A stretch of DNA of 64,000 nt from Mobula hypostoma (taxonomy: Eukaryota). The notes under the pieces were generated by a model, which was not told the origin of the DNA, ran no database searches, and saw only the letters and a list, made by a program, of their open reading frames with translations. Both the position numbers and the translations under genes were made by a program. The stretch is taken from assembly GCF_963921235.1 (NCBI RefSeq), contig NC_086100.1, positions 203,486,001 through 203,550,000 of the forward strand. Direction: 5' to 3'. Positions within the stretch are counted from its first letter, which is position 1, and every line of letters begins with the position of its first letter. Shown in pieces: positions 38,867 through 52,123 of this stretch.

Positions 38867-40237
38867 GTGACACCAGCGACTTCACACAGGGAGAAGCCAT
38901 TCACCTGCTCTGAATGTGGGAAAGGGTTCTCTCAATCATCTCAACTGAATGAACACCAGCGAGTTCACACTGAGAAGATGCCATTCACCTGCTCAGACTG
39001 TGGGAAGGGATTCACTCACTCATCCAAACTACAGAGACACCAGCGAGTTCACACTGGGGAGAGGCCATTCACCTGCTCAGACTGTGGGAAAGGATTCATT
39101 CAGTCAAATCACCTGCTACAACATCAGTTAGTTCACACTGTGGAGAGACCATTCACATGCTCAGACTGTGGGAAGGGATTCATTCAGTGTTCTCAGCTCC
39201 TGACACACCAGCGACTTCACACTGGGGAGAGACCATTCACATGCTCAGACTGTGGGAAGGGATTTATTCAGCGTTCTCAGCTCCTGACACACCAGCGAGT
39301 TCACACTGGGGAGAGGCCATTCACCTGCTCAGACTGTGGGAAGGGATTCACTCACTCGTCCAACCTACGGAGTCACCAGCGGGTTCACACTGGGGAGAAG
39401 CCGTTCACTTGCTCTGACTGTGGGAAAGGATTCATTCATTCATCTCAGCTCTTGAAACACCAGCAAATTCACACTGGGGAGAAACCATTCATCTGCTCAG
39501 AATGCGGGAAGGGATTCACCTATTCCGCGCAACTGAAAGAACATCAGTTTGTTCACACTGCGGAGAGGCCATTCACCTGTTCAGACTGTGGGAAAGGATT
39601 CATTCGGCATTCTCATCTACTGACACACCAGTTAAAACACACGGGGGAGAAACCATTCACCTGCTCTGAATGTGGGAAGGGATTCACCCATTCAGCTCAA
39701 CTGAAGGAACATCAGCGACTTCACACTGGGGAGTGGCCATTCACCTGCTCTGAATGTGGGAAGGGATTCACTCGGTCATCTCGACTGAAGGTGCATCAGC
39801 GAGTCCACACTGGGGAGAGGCCGTTCATCTGCTCTGAATGTGGTAAGGGATTTTCTGTGTCATCTCAACTGCAGATACATCAGAAGTTTCACACTGGGGA
39901 GAAGCCATTCATCTGCTCTGAATGTGGGAATAGCTTCATTCAGCCATTTCAACTGAAGATACATCAGCGAGTTCACACTTTGGAAAAACCATTCAGCTGC
40001 TCTGAATGTGGAAAGGGATTCACTTGGCAATCTCAACTGAAGGTACATCAGCGAGTTCACACTGGGGAGAGGCCGTTCACCTGCTCAGACTGTGGGAAGA
40101 GTTTCGCTTGGTCATCTCAACTGAAGGTACATCAGCGAGTTCACACTGGGGAGAAACCTTACAGCTGTTCTGAATGTGGGAAGAGATTCACCCAGTCATC
40201 CAAACTTGTGAGGCACTACCAAAATCACACTAGGTAG
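38867..40237 (+). CDS. C2H2 zinc-finger protein, 16 fingers in the open frame (15 from the first ATG at 38978), no KRAB/SCAN seen
   Basis: Uninterrupted finger array. 38867 is GTG; the first ATG lies in the TEKM linker at 38978. TAG stop in the linker after finger 16. Confidence 0.9.
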   Translation: MTPATSHREKPFTCSECGKGFSQSSQLNEHQRVHTEKMPFTCSDCGKGFTHSSKLQRHQRVHTGERPFTCSDCGKGFIQSNHLLQHQLVHTVERPFTCSDCGKGFIQCSQLLTHQRLHTGERPFTCSDCGKGFIQRSQLLTHQRVHTGERPFTCSDCGKGFTHSSNLRSHQRVHTGEKPFTCSDCGKGFIHSSQLLKHQQIHTGEKPFICSECGKGFTYSAQLKEHQFVHTAERPFTCSDCGKGFIRHSHLLTHQLKHTGEKPFTCSECGKGFTHSAQLKEHQRLHTGEWPFTCSECGKGFTRSSRLKVHQRVHTGERPFICSECGKGFSVSSQLQIHQKFHTGEKPFICSECGNSFIQPFQLKIHQRVHTLEKPFSCSECGKGFTWQSQLKVHQRVHTGERPFTCSDCGKSFAWSSQLKVHQRVHTGEKPYSCSECGKRFTQSSKLVRHYQNHTR

Positions 40238-43200
40238 AAACTGTTCACCTGCTCAGATTGTGGGAAGGAATTCACTCGGTCATCTGACTTTAAAATATAT
40301 CAGCGAATTCACACTGGCGGATGCCACTCACCTGTTCTGAATGTGGGAAAACATTCACTCAACATCTCAATTAAGACTATTAAGGTATAGGAGCAGAAGT
40401 AGGCCATTTGGCCTTTCGAGTCTGCTCCGCCATTCGATCATGGGTTGATCCAATTCTTCTAGTCATCCCCACTCCCCTGCCTTCTCCCCATACCCTTCGA
40501 TATCCTGGCTAATCAAGAACCCATCTCTCTCTGCCTTAAATACACCCAATGACTTGGCCTCCACAGTTGCTTGTGGCAACAAGTTCCACAAATTTACCAC
40601 CCTCTGACTAAAGTAATTTCTCCTCATCTCTGTTCTACATGGATGTCCTTCAATCCTGAAGTCGTGCTCTCTTCTCATGGACTCCCCTACCATGGGAAAT
40701 AACTTTGCCATATCTAATCTGTTCAGGGCTTTTAACATTCAAAATGTTTCAATGAGATTCCCCACTCCCACCATTCTCCTGAACTCCAGGGAATATAGCC
40801 CAAGAGGTGCCAGATGCTTCTCGTATGGTAACTCTTTCATTCCTGGAATCACTCTTGTGAATCTTCTCTGAACCCTCTCCAATGTCAGTATATCCTTTCT
40901 AAAATAAGGAGCCCAAAACTGCACACAATACTCCAAGTGTGGTCTCATGAGTCCCTTATAGAGCCTCAACATCCCATCCCTGCTCTTATATTCTATACCT
41001 CTAGAAATAAATTCCAAAAATTGCATTTGCCTTCTTCACAACCGACTCAACCTGGAGGTTATCCTTTAGGGTATCCTGCACAAGGACTTCCAAGTTCTTT
41101 TGCATCTCTGCATTTTGAATCCTCTCCCAATCTAAATAACCATCTGCCCGTTTATTTCCTTCACCAATATGCATGACCACACACTTTCCAACATTGTATT
41201 TAATTGACTATTTCTTTGCCCATTCCCCGAAACTATCTAAATCTCTCTGCTGGCACTCTGTTTCCTCAACACTAACCGCTCCTCCACCTATTTTTGTATC
41301 ATCAGCAAATTTAGCCACAAATCCATTAATCCAATAGTCCATGTCATTGACATACATCGTAAAAAGCAGTGGTCTAAACACGGACCCCTGTGGAACTCCA
41401 CTGGTAACCGGCAGCCAGCCAGAATAGGATCCCTTTATTCCCACTCTGTTTTCTGTTGATCAGCCGATGCTCCACCCATGCTAGTAACTTCCCTGTAATT
41501 CCATGGGATTTATCTTGCTAAGCAGCCTCATGTGCATCACCGTTTTAAAGGGCCACTGAAAATCCAAGTATACTGCATCTCCTTTGTCTGCCCAGCTTGT
41601 AAATTCCTCAAAGAATGGCAGTAGGTTCGTCAGGCAGGATTTTCCTTTCAGGAAACCATGCTGGCTGTGGCCTATCTTTCATGTGCCTCCCATTACTCCG
41701 TAATCTCATCCATAATAATCGATTCCAGCAACTTCCCAACCACTGAAGTCAGGCTTTCAGGTCTAGACTTTCTTTTCTGCTGCCTCCCACTCTTCTTAAA
41801 TAGCGGAGTAACATTTGCAATTTTCCAGTCATCCGCTACAATGCCAGAATCTATCAATTCTTGAAAGATCACTAGTAATGCCTCCGCAATTGCTCCAGCT
41901 ATTCCCTTCAGAACCCAAAGGTGCATTCCATCAAGTCCGGGAGATTTATCCACCCGCAGACCACTAAGCTTCCTGAGCACCTTCTCAGTCATAATTTTCA
42001 TTGCACACACTTCACTTCCCTGACACTCTTGAATGGCCGATGTACTGCAGATGTCTTCCACTGTGAAGACTAATGCAAAATACGTATTCATTTTCTCTGA
42101 CATCTCTGTGTCTCCCATTACAATATCTCCCATGTCATTTTCTATTTGGTCCTGTTACATACCTGATGGATATCTTGTGACTGTCTTTTGACCATGATGT
42201 AATTGAATAGCTGATGGCCATGATGCAATGGTCTTTTGGAGGTCACCTGATGTAATTTTCCCGCCAATGTGAGGTCACGTGATGACATGTTCACCTCGGG
42301 TATAAAAGGAGACCCCTGGGGTGACGCAGTTGGTTTTTCCAGTTGGAGCATCAGTCAGACATTCCGCTCCGCTGCGTATTTGCCTTATGATGCAGTTTTG
42401 ATTTAAAACGGAGTTTTACGTTCTATTGTAAAGTACAAAAGTGTTGGGCCGGCACTTTAACCAGTCGCTGCCAGGTTTGTTGATGTATCTTTTCAGTTGT
42501 ATTGGAGAGTGAAGACGGGAACCTGAAGGAGTCGTTCGGCAGTTTTGGATAGGATCGATCATTATTGAATTCATTCAAGAAAGAGTGATCTGCATGAGAT
42601 AGCCTCTGCTAAAAGCAGCAGAAAAGGCTATGCAGAATCTGTTATCCAGAGGGAAAGGTCAGTGCCTTTAAACCGTTTTATTTCCGTCGTCGTGAATCCT
42701 GCGGACAAGGCAGGTCCTAGCTGGGATCGGCGGTGACGTTGAGTCTTCGAGGAATTCTTTACTTCAGGAAAGTCTCTCCACTTTAAGAACTGTTTTCGCA
42801 TTTATCGCTTTAAGAACTAGTACTGAGTAGCGGCCGCATAGCAGTTTACTTCTGGTTAAGATTTTTGTTTGCTTTTTTTACTAATATTGATCAGAGTTTA
42901 ATAAATATTTGTTCATATATAAAACCTGACTTGATTGATATATTCATTGTTGCCGATCACGTGACATAAATTTGGGGGCTTGTCCAGATATGTTCCAATT
43001 TTGAGCTTAAGTGCTTGTTTAAGTATCATTCTGATTTGGAAAAGGGGATATACCCGATTCTTTTGTTTGATTTGTGTGTGAGTAGTATTCGGCAGCAATG
43101 AATGTTGACGGCTTTATGGAAAGGCCAAACTCAGAGTTTTTAGCGACGGCGAGAAAGGGTGTTGTATCTGAGATTGCTAGAAGGTTGCATCTTAAAGGAA

Positions 43201-43657
43201 TTACGAAGGTTACAACAAAGCCCGTAATTCAGAGAAAAATCGCTGAGCATTATATAAGTTTGGGAAAGTTTGACGAAGAAGTGTTTGATAGGTTTCCAAT
43301 GAGTAATCTGGAAATGCAGTTACATATATTGAACAAATAAAGTTAAAGCAATTAGAAGCTGATTTGGAAATAAGTCGGTTAGAAGCTGAAAATATACAGA
43401 AGGAATTCGAGGCTGGAGAAACCCATAGGAAAAGGGAATTTGAAGAAAGAGAAGCAAATAAAAGGAGAGAGTTTGAGCTACAGATGGAGAAGTTAAAGTC
43501 GGAGAATCAGTCGTCTGGTTGTAGGAAACAGTTTGTAGCGAGTCGAGAGGTTATTTTGGCTCCTCCATTTAATGAGATAGAAGTGGACAAATATTTTCAA
43601 CATTTCGAAGCTGTTGCTCTGAGTTTAATGTGGCCAAAAGAGCAATGGTCAGTGATG

Positions 43658-46600
43658 GGCAGTGAAGCGCGGAAGATTTAAAAGGACAAATCCTGCTTTG
43701 GGTTTAAGTCAGAGAAGGAAGTCTGAGAATCGGAGCGGGAGTGCGGGGGAAGCCATTTTTGAATTTTTCGTTTTTTTTTCCATCGGCGTTCAGAGGGGCG
43801 GGACTGCACAGGCGTGTGACGTCGGGCAGTGAAGTGTGGAAGATTTAAAAGGAACAGAGCCTTATACAGCGGACAGCGGAGTGAGCCGGGAGCAGAGTAA
43901 AGGCTTCAGGGCTTCAGCTTAACGGGCTTAGGCGGAAATGGGCGAGGCGAGGAAGGTTTGGTATTCATTTTTTGCTGTTATTTGAGGAGAGGGGCAGTAT
44001 GAGTGTGAGGGCAGCTTGTTGTTCTCGGTGTTGGATGTGGGAGGCCCTGGAGTCTCCTAGCCTCCCGGACGTCCACATCTGCATATGGTACGCCAAGATG
44101 CAGCTCCTAAGGGACCGCGTTAGGGAATTAGAGCTGCAGCTCAATGACCTTCGTCTGGTCAGGGAGAGTGAGGAGTTGATAGAGAGGAGTTACAGGCAGG
44201 TGGTCACACCGGGGCCACGGGAGGCAGACAAGTGGGTCACGGCTAGGAGGGGGAAGGAGAAGAGTCAGGTAATACAGAGTACCCCTGTGGCTGTGCCCCT
44301 TGACAATAGGTACTCCTATTTGAGTACTGTTGGGGGGGACAGCTTACCTGGGGGAAGCAACAGTGGCCGTGTCTCTGGCACAGAGTCCGGCCCTGAAGCT
44401 CAGAAGGATAGGGAAAGGAAGAGGAGGGCAGTTGTAATAGGGGACTCAATAGCAAGGGGGCCAGATAGGCGATTCTGTGGACACAGTCCGGAGACCCGGA
44501 TGGTAGTTTGCCTCCCTGGTGCCAGGGTCCGGGATATTTCTGATCGTGTCCAAGATATCCTGAAGTGGGAGGGTGAGGAGCCAGAGGTCGTGGTACATAT
44601 AGGTACCAATGACATAGGTAGGAAAAGGGAAGAGGTCCTGAAAGGAGAATATAGGGAGTTAGGAAGGGAGTTGAGAAAAAGGACTGCAAAGGTAGTAATC
44701 TCGGGATTACTGCCTGTGCCACATGACAGTGAGAGTAGGAATGCAATGAGGTGGAGGATAAATGCGTGGCTGAGCGATTGGCGCAGGGGGAAGGGATTCA
44801 AGTTTTTGGAACATTGGGACCCCTTTCGGCGCAGGTATGATCTGTACAAAAGGGACGGGTTACACTTGAATCCTAGGGGGACCAATATCCTGGCGGGGAG
44901 ATTTGCGAGGGCTACTGAGGTGACTTTAAACTAGAATGGTTGGGGGGTGGGAATCAAATTAAAGAGACTAGGAGAGAGGAGGTTAGTTCACAACAGGGGG
45001 ATGGGAACAGTGCAGAGAGACAGGGATGTAAAATGAGGGTAGAAGCAAGAAGTAGTAAGGGAAAAGTAAAAGTGGCAGGCCGGCAAATCCAGGGCAAAAA
45101 TCAAAAAGGGCCACTTTTCAACATAATTGTATAAGGGCTAAGAGTGTTGTAAAAGCGAGCCTGAAGGCTTTGTGTGTCAATGCAAGGAGCATTCGTAACA
45201 AGGTGGATGAATTAAAAGTGCAGATTGTTATTAATGAATATGGTATAGATGATCACAGAGACATGGCTCCAGGGTGACCAAGGATGGGAGCTCAACATTC
45301 AAGGATATTCAATATTCAGGAGGGATAGACATGAAAGAAAAGCAGGTGGGGTAGCATTGCCGGTTAGAGAGGAGATTAACGCAATAGAAAGGAAGGACAT
45401 TAGCTGGGAGGATGTGGAATCGATAGAGGTAGAGCTGCATAACATTAAGGGGCAGAAAACGCTGGTGGGAGTTGTGTACAGGCCACCTAACAGTAGTAGT
45501 GAGGTTGGGGATGGTATTAAACAGAAAATTAGAAATGTGTGCAATAAAGGAACAGCAGTTATAATGGGTGACTTCAATCTACATACAGATTGGGTGAACC
45601 AAATTGGTAAGGGTGCTGAGGAAGAGGATTTCTTGGAATGTATGCGGGATGGTTTTCTGAACCAACATGTCGAGGAACCAACTAGAGAGCAGGCTATTCT
45701 AGACTGGGTATTGAGCAATGAGGAAGGGTTAATTAGCAATCTTGTCGTGAGAGGCCCCTTGGGTAAGAGTGACCATAATATGATGGAATTCTTCATTAAG
45801 ATCGAGAGTGACATAGTTAATTCAGAAACAAAGGTTCTGAACTTAAAGAAGGGTAACTTTGAAGGTAAGAGACGTGAATTAGCTAAGATAGACTGGCAAA
45901 TGATACTTAAAGGGTTGACGGTGGATATGCAATGGCAAGCATTTAAAGATCGCATGGATGAACTACAACAATTGTTCATTCCAGTTTGGCAAAAGAATAA
46001 ACCAGGGAAGGTAGTGCACCCGTGGCTGACAAGGGAAATTAGAGGTAGTATCAATTCCAAAGAAGAAACATACAAATTAGCCAGAAAAAGCAGCTCACCT
46101 GAGGACTGGGAGAAATTCAGAGTCCAGCAGAGGAAGACAAAGAGCTTAATTAGGAAAGGGAAAAAAGATTATGAGAGAAAACTGGCAGGGAACATATACA
46201 CTGACTGTAAAAGCTTTTATAGATACGTGAAAAGAAAAAGATTGGTAAAGACAAATGTAGGTCCCTTACCGTCGAAAACAGGTGAATTGATCATGGGGAA
46301 CAAGGACATGGCAAACCAATTGAATAACTACTTTGGTTCTGTCTTCACTAAGGAGGACATAAATAATCTTCCAGAAATAGTAGGGGATAGAGGGTCTAGT
46401 GAGATGGAGGAACTGAGGGAATTACGTGTTAGTAGGGAAGTGGTGTTAGGTGAATTGAAGGGATTGAAGGCAGATAAATCCCCAGAGCCAGCTGGTCTGC
46501 ATCCCAGTGTGCTTAAGGAAGTAGCCCAAGAAATAGTGGATGCATTAGTGATAATTTTTTAAAACTCTTTAGATTCTGGACTGGTTCCTGAGGATTGGAG

Positions 46601-48059
46601 GGTGGCTAATGTAACCCCGCTTTTTAAAAAAGGAGGGAGAGAGAAATCGGGGAATTATAGACTGGTTAGCCTAACATCAGTGGTGGGGAAAATGCTCGAG
46701 TCAGTTATCAAAGATATGATAACAGCACGTTTGGAAAGCGGTGAAATTATCGGACAAAGTCAGCATGGATTTGTGAAAGGAAAATCATGTCTGACGAATC
46801 TGATAGAATTTTTTGAGGATGTAACTAGTAGAGTGGATAGGGGAGAACCAGTGGATGTGGTACATTTGGATTTTCAAAAGGCAGGCTTTTGACAAGGTCC
46901 CACACAGGAGATTAGTGTGCAAACTTAAAGCACATGGTATTGGGGGTATGGTATTAATGTGGATAGAGAATTGGTTGGCAGACAGGAAGCAAAGAGTGGG
47001 AATAAACAGGACCTTTTCAGAATGGCAGGCCGTGACGAGTGGGGTACTGCAAGGCTCAGTGCTGGGACCCCAGTTATTTACAATTTATATCAATGACTTA
47101 GACGAGGGAATTAAATGCAGCATCTCCAAATTTGCGGATGACACGAAGCTGGGCGGCAGTGTTAGCTGTGAGGAGGATGCTAAGAGGATGCAGGGTGACT
47201 TGGATAGGTTAGGTGAGTGGGCAAATTCATGGCAGATGCAATTTAATGTGGATAAATGTGAAGTTATCCACTTTGGTGGCAAAAACAGGAAAACAGGTTA
47301 TTATCTGAATGGTGGCCGATTAGGAAAAGGGGAGGTGCAATGAGACCTGGGTGTCATTGTACACCAGTCATTGAAAGTGGGCATGCAGGTACAGCAGGTG
47401 GTGAAAAAGGCGAATGGTGTGCTGGCATTCATAGCAAGAGGATTCGAGTACAGGCGTAGAGAGGTACTACTGCAGTTGTACAAGGCCTTGGTGAGACCAC
47501 ACCTGGAGTATTGTGTGCAGTTTTGGTCCCTAATCTGAGGAAAGACATTCTTGCCATAGAAGGAGTACAAAGAAGGTTCACCAGATTAATTCCTGGGATG
47601 GCAGGACTTTCATATGATGAAAGACTGGATCAACTAGGCTTATACTCGCTGGAATTTAGAAGATTGATGGGGGGATCTTATTGAGACGTATAAAATCTTA
47701 AAGGGATTGGACAGGCTAGATGCAGGAAGATTGTTCCCGATGTAGGGAAAGTCCAGAACCAGGGGTCACAATTTGAGGATAAAGAGGAAGCCTTTTAGCA
47801 CTGAGATGAGGAAAAACTTCTTCACACAGAGAGTGGTGAATCTGTGGAATTCTCTGCCACAGGAAACAGTTGAGGCCAGTTCATTGGCTATATTTAAGAG
47901 GGAGTTAGATATGGCCCTTGCGGCTAAAGGGATCAGGGGGTATGGAGGGAAGGCTGGTACAGGGTTCTGAGTTGGATGATCAGCCATGATCATACTGAAT
48001 GGCAGTGCAGGCTCGAAGGGCCGAATGGCCTACTCCTGCACCTATTTTCTATGTTTTTA
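43658..48059 (+). mobile_element. Full-length CR1 LINE inserted in Gypsy gag
   Basis: 5' UTR with duplicated GGCAGTGAAG...GAAGATTTAAAAGG; ORF1; ORF2 APE-RT with several stops and frameshifts; TSD TGATG at 43653-43657 and 48060-48064. Confidence 0.95.
43999..44934 (+). CDS. CR1 ORF1 protein (Cys motif/leucine zipper plus SGNH esterase-like domain)
   Basis: Open from ATG at 43999; VIGDS, IGTND and DGLHL motifs. Confidence 0.85.
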   Translation: MSVRAACCSRCWMWEALESPSLPDVHICIWYAKMQLLRDRVRELELQLNDLRLVRESEELIERSYRQVVTPGPREADKWVTARRGKEKSQVIQSTPVAVPLDNRYSYLSTVGGDSLPGGSNSGRVSGTESGPEAQKDRERKRRAVVIGDSIARGPDRRFCGHSPETRMVVCLPGARVRDISDRVQDILKWEGEEPEVVVHIGTNDIGRKREEVLKGEYRELGRELRKRTAKVVISGLLPVPHDSESRNAMRWRINAWLSDWRRGKGFKFLEHWDPFRRRYDLYKRDGLHLNPRGTNILAGRFARATEVTLN

Positions 48060-51000
48060 TGATGTTACAAAGTGTAATAAAAGGGAAAGCACAAGAAGTT
48101 TATACAGCATTAAATGCTGAGCAAGCACTGGATTATGACATTGTCAAACAGTATATATTGAAGGTGTATGAGTTGGTTCCAGAAGCGTATAGAGAAAGTT
48201 GAAGAAATCTGTGGAAAATACTTACGTGGAATGTACCTACGGGAAATCTGTGTGTTTTGAGAGATGGGTTTTTTCTAAAAATGTGAATGGGGAGTATAAT
48301 AAATTATAAGAGTTGATTTTGCTGGAGGAATTTAAAAGGAGCATTCCTATTGAAGTAAGGACATACTTAAATGAAAGGGACACTGCTACATTGCAGGAGT
48401 CTGCTAAATTAGCTGATGAGTTTGCTTTAATTCGTAAGAATAAATTTTCTCCATGTAGGGTTTTTAAAAGGAAAAATAGCACAGAGAATCAATGTAAACC
48501 CGAAATTAAATCTGAAGTTAGTGAGAAAGGTAAGGATGAAGGGAGACATGTGAAGGAAAGACACTTTGGTCCTATTTGTAATTAATGTAAAAAACCTGGA
48601 CATGTAATAGCTAACTGTTTTCGATTGAAAAATAAAGAGAAGGAAGCCGTCCCAGATGCTTGTGTGCAGCATATTGAAACACCTGTAAATTCACAGAGTT
48701 CGATAAATACAAATGAAGTTTTGTCAGAGTCTGACCAAGTTAAGAGGGGATATGAACATTTTATAACTGAGGGATTTGTATCCTTCAGAAAGATTCTTCC
48801 TGTGTTGTAACCTGAGCTATGGCTAAAAAGACTGATGTGCAGGACAAGGTTGTTATCCATGACTGTTCAACTCGAGATTCAAATTTTGAGGATGTGTCAG
48901 AAACTTTCTTACCTTCATTATTTGATGAAGATTGTTGTAGTAAGTCTGACCATGAAAATTTGTCTTTATCTCGGAAGGAGATGATAGCAGAGCAGGGTAG
49001 AGATCCTGAGATAGTTAAATTAAAGGAACAAGCTCTTCTAGATAGTGAAATTGAGATGGCACCAGTAGGATATTATTTTGAAAAGGGAGTATTAATGAGG
49101 AAGGGGAGATCTCCTACAGTTCCTGCAATTGAGGAATGGGAAATTAATCACCAGGTAGTAGTTCCTAAGTTTATCGAAATGAGATTTTAACTATGGCTCA
49201 TACTATTCCTTTGGGTGATCATCTTGGTGTAAAGAAAACTATGAACAAGGTTTTTTAACATTTTTGCTGGCCTAGTTTAAGAAAAGATGTGGTGACGTTT
49301 TGCAGAACGTGTCATACGTGTCAAATTGTGGGTAAACCTAATCAAGTTACTGCAGTGGCCCCACTGCAACCAATTCCAGCATTTGGTGAGCTGTTTTCAA
49401 AGATCATTGTAGACTGTGTAGGCCCATTGCCAAAAACTAAAACTGGACAGTAATATTTGTTGACCATTATGTGTACAGCATCTAGGTTACCAGAGGCAAT
49501 ACTTCTTAGGAATATAACAGCCAGAACTGTGACAAAGGTTCTTATAAAATTCTTATTTTGTGTTGCCTAAGGAAATACAGTCTGATCAAGGTAGTAATTT
49601 TATGTCTGGATTGTTTCAGCAGATAGTTTATAAACTGGGAGCAAAACAGATTACCTCATCTGCATATCATCCAGAATCACAAGGAGCCTTGGAGAGATTC
49701 CATTCTACCCTTAAAACTATGATGAGGATGTACTGTGTGGAAAATGAAAAGGACTGGGATGAAGGCGTACATTTACTACTTTTTGCAGTAAGGGAGGCAG
49801 TGCAGGAATCATTAGGTTTTAGTCCTTTTGAACGTGTTTGGGCATAGAGTTCGAGAACCTTTGGCCTTGTTGAAAGAACAGTGGATTAATAAAGAGTTAC
49901 ACACTAATTTGCTGGATTATGTTTTGAAATATCAAGAGAGATTATATAAAGCTTGTAGCTTGACCAAGGAAAATTTAAAATTGGCTCAGGAGAAGATGAA
50001 GACTTGGTATGATAAGGAAGCTACAATGAGGTCATTTAAGCCTGGAGATAAGGTGTTGGTTCTTTTCCCGGTGCAAACAAACCCATTACAAGCTAAATTT
50101 CATGGTCTTTATGAGATTAAATCTAAAGTAAATGATGTGGATTACATGATTAAAACTCCAGATCAAAGAAAGCCAACACAGCTGTGTCATATAAATATGA
50201 TAGAACCATATTATGAGAAACAGGCTGCTACTATGACTGTTGTGGTCAATAATGAGTCTGATCTTTATAAAAATGTAATGGATGATTCATCCGCAACTCA
50301 TTTTAAACCCAACATTATTTCAGCCAGATTACCAAAGTCAACAATTCTGGAAAATATTGATGAGAAATTAGCTCATTTACAGCTAGAGCAGAGAAAGCAG
50401 ATGAAACAGTTAATTTTTAAATATAAGGATTTATTTCCAGATGTTCCTAGAAGAACCACCGTAGCTTCGCATGATATAGATGTTGGAGAGGCAAAACCTA
50501 TAAAACAACATCCATATGGATGAACAGGGAAAAATGTTAACTTGCTGAACAATAAATTAAGTATATGTTAGAGAATAATATTATTAGACCTTGAAATTTG
50601 AATTGAAGTTCACCGTGTGTTATGGTGCCTAAGCCAGACAATAGTATTAGGTTTTGTACAGATTACAGGAAGGTGAATGCTGTGACTAAATCTGATGCAT
50701 ATCCAATCCCTACGGTAGATGATTGTGCAGATAAAGTTAGACAAGCCAAGTTCCTGACAAAGATTGATTTGTTAAAAGGTTATCGGTGTGTTCCATTGAC
50801 GGATAGAGGTAGAGAGATTTCTGCATTTGTAACCCCATCCGGATTATATGAATATAACTTTCTATCATTTGGGATGAAGAATGCACCAGGTACTTTCCAA
50901 AGGATGATTAATAGTGTGATTCATGGGCTAAAAGATACAGATGCTTATATTGATGATTTAGTTACAGGAAATAATACGCGGAAAGCACATGTTACTGCGG

Positions 51001-51440
51001 TGGAGAAACTGTTTGAAAGACTTTCAAAAGCTAACTTAACTATTAACTTGGCTAAAAGTGAATTTGGTCATGCCACAGTGACCTACCTTGGTTATGTTGT
51101 AGGTTCAGGCTCGGTTTAGGAAAATGGTTAAAGAAATTAATCAAACTCCAAATCTCTTGGACTTTTGAATTTACCATTCTAAGAACTGTGTTCCAATTTA
51201 CCACTTTAAGAACTGTTTTCTCATTTATTGCTTTAAGAACTAGTATTGAATAGCGATTTGTTAAATGACCGCATAGCAGTTTACTTCTGGTTGAGATTTT
51301 TGTTTGTTTATTTTTTTTTACTAATATTGATTTAATAAATGTTTGTTTATAAAACCTGACTCGATTGATATATTCATTGTTGCCGTTCATGTGACAGTCC
51401 TATATCTATCCTCAACTCTCTTTTACCCTTTCTATACTTA

Positions 51441-51970
51441 TGTAACTCTCGCTTTGTCTGGTTGCTTAATCTCGTTTGTGTGGATGCTGTGTGATGTGTT
51501 CCCTTTTACAAATCAGTACAACAAAATATCAAACAGTACACAATATGCGATTAAACGATTAAGCTTTATAACTCTTAATTTGACCATATGGTTTGTGAAG
51601 AGAACAAAAAAGAAAAAGGGCCCATTCTCGTGAAACAGTCTGTTGCTCACTGAGAAGCTGTCTGTCCACCATTGACCTCCTCTGAGCCTCACTGACCTTC
51701 GGGCCCTCGCTCCAACTCCACTCCATCTGAGTTGACCCAACTCTCTCCATTCGCGTCTTCTCTCCTCATCCCTTCCCGGCAACAGACCCGCAAATTCCCG
51801 GCTCCCAGGCGCACAAGAAAGAACAACATCCTGTTCATTGGCTAGCATGCCCAGTTAACTCCAGTCATAACGCAAATACTGTATTGCTGCTACAGATAAA
51901 CCATTACGTCAGCAGTGGAACATTACAGAGAAGCCATTGTATGAGCAGTGAAACCTTACAGCATGTAACA
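51441..51970. mobile_element. Solo LTR (about 530 bp) of a second LTR family
   Basis: TGTAAC...TGTAACA termini; 4-bp TSD CTTA at 51437-51440 and 51971-51974; interrupts the CR1; no obvious similarity to the Gmr1 LTRs. Confidence 0.7.
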
Positions 51971-52087
51971 CTTAAAAATACTTAAACGCAAACAACAGGA
52001 ATTCTGCAGATGCTGGAAATTCAAGCAACATACATCAAAGTTGCTGGTGAACGCAGCAGGCCAAGCAGCATCTATAGGAAGAGGTAC

Positions 52088-52123
52088 AGTCGACGTTTCA
52101 GGCCGAGACCCTTCGTCAGGACT
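52088..52123 (-). ncRNA. Minimal type I hammerhead ribozyme
   Basis: Reverse complement AGTC-CTGACGA-AGG-GTCTCGG-CCT-GAAAC-GTC-GACT. Confidence 0.8.

Larger units (their letters stand above)
42153..51396 (+). mobile_element. Gmr1-type Gypsy element 2, with protease and RH/PPT/part of 3' LTR deleted
   Basis: 5' LTR 42153-42966; PBS TGGGGGCTTGTCCAG at 42973; gag from 43098; integrase about 48820-50220; RT about 50480-51108 (YIDD); 3' LTR remnant about 51155-51396; perfect TSD GTCC at 42149-42152 and 51397-51400. Confidence 0.93.

Noticed and set aside
44243..46075. Long antisense ORFs over CR1 ORF1 and ORF2
   Set aside because: Shadow frames of LINE coding sequence that recur in the other CR1 copies.
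3360..51396. The two oppositely oriented Gmr1 elements as part of the inverted duplication
   Set aside because: Different target sites and TSDs, and non-mirror positions; independent insertions.
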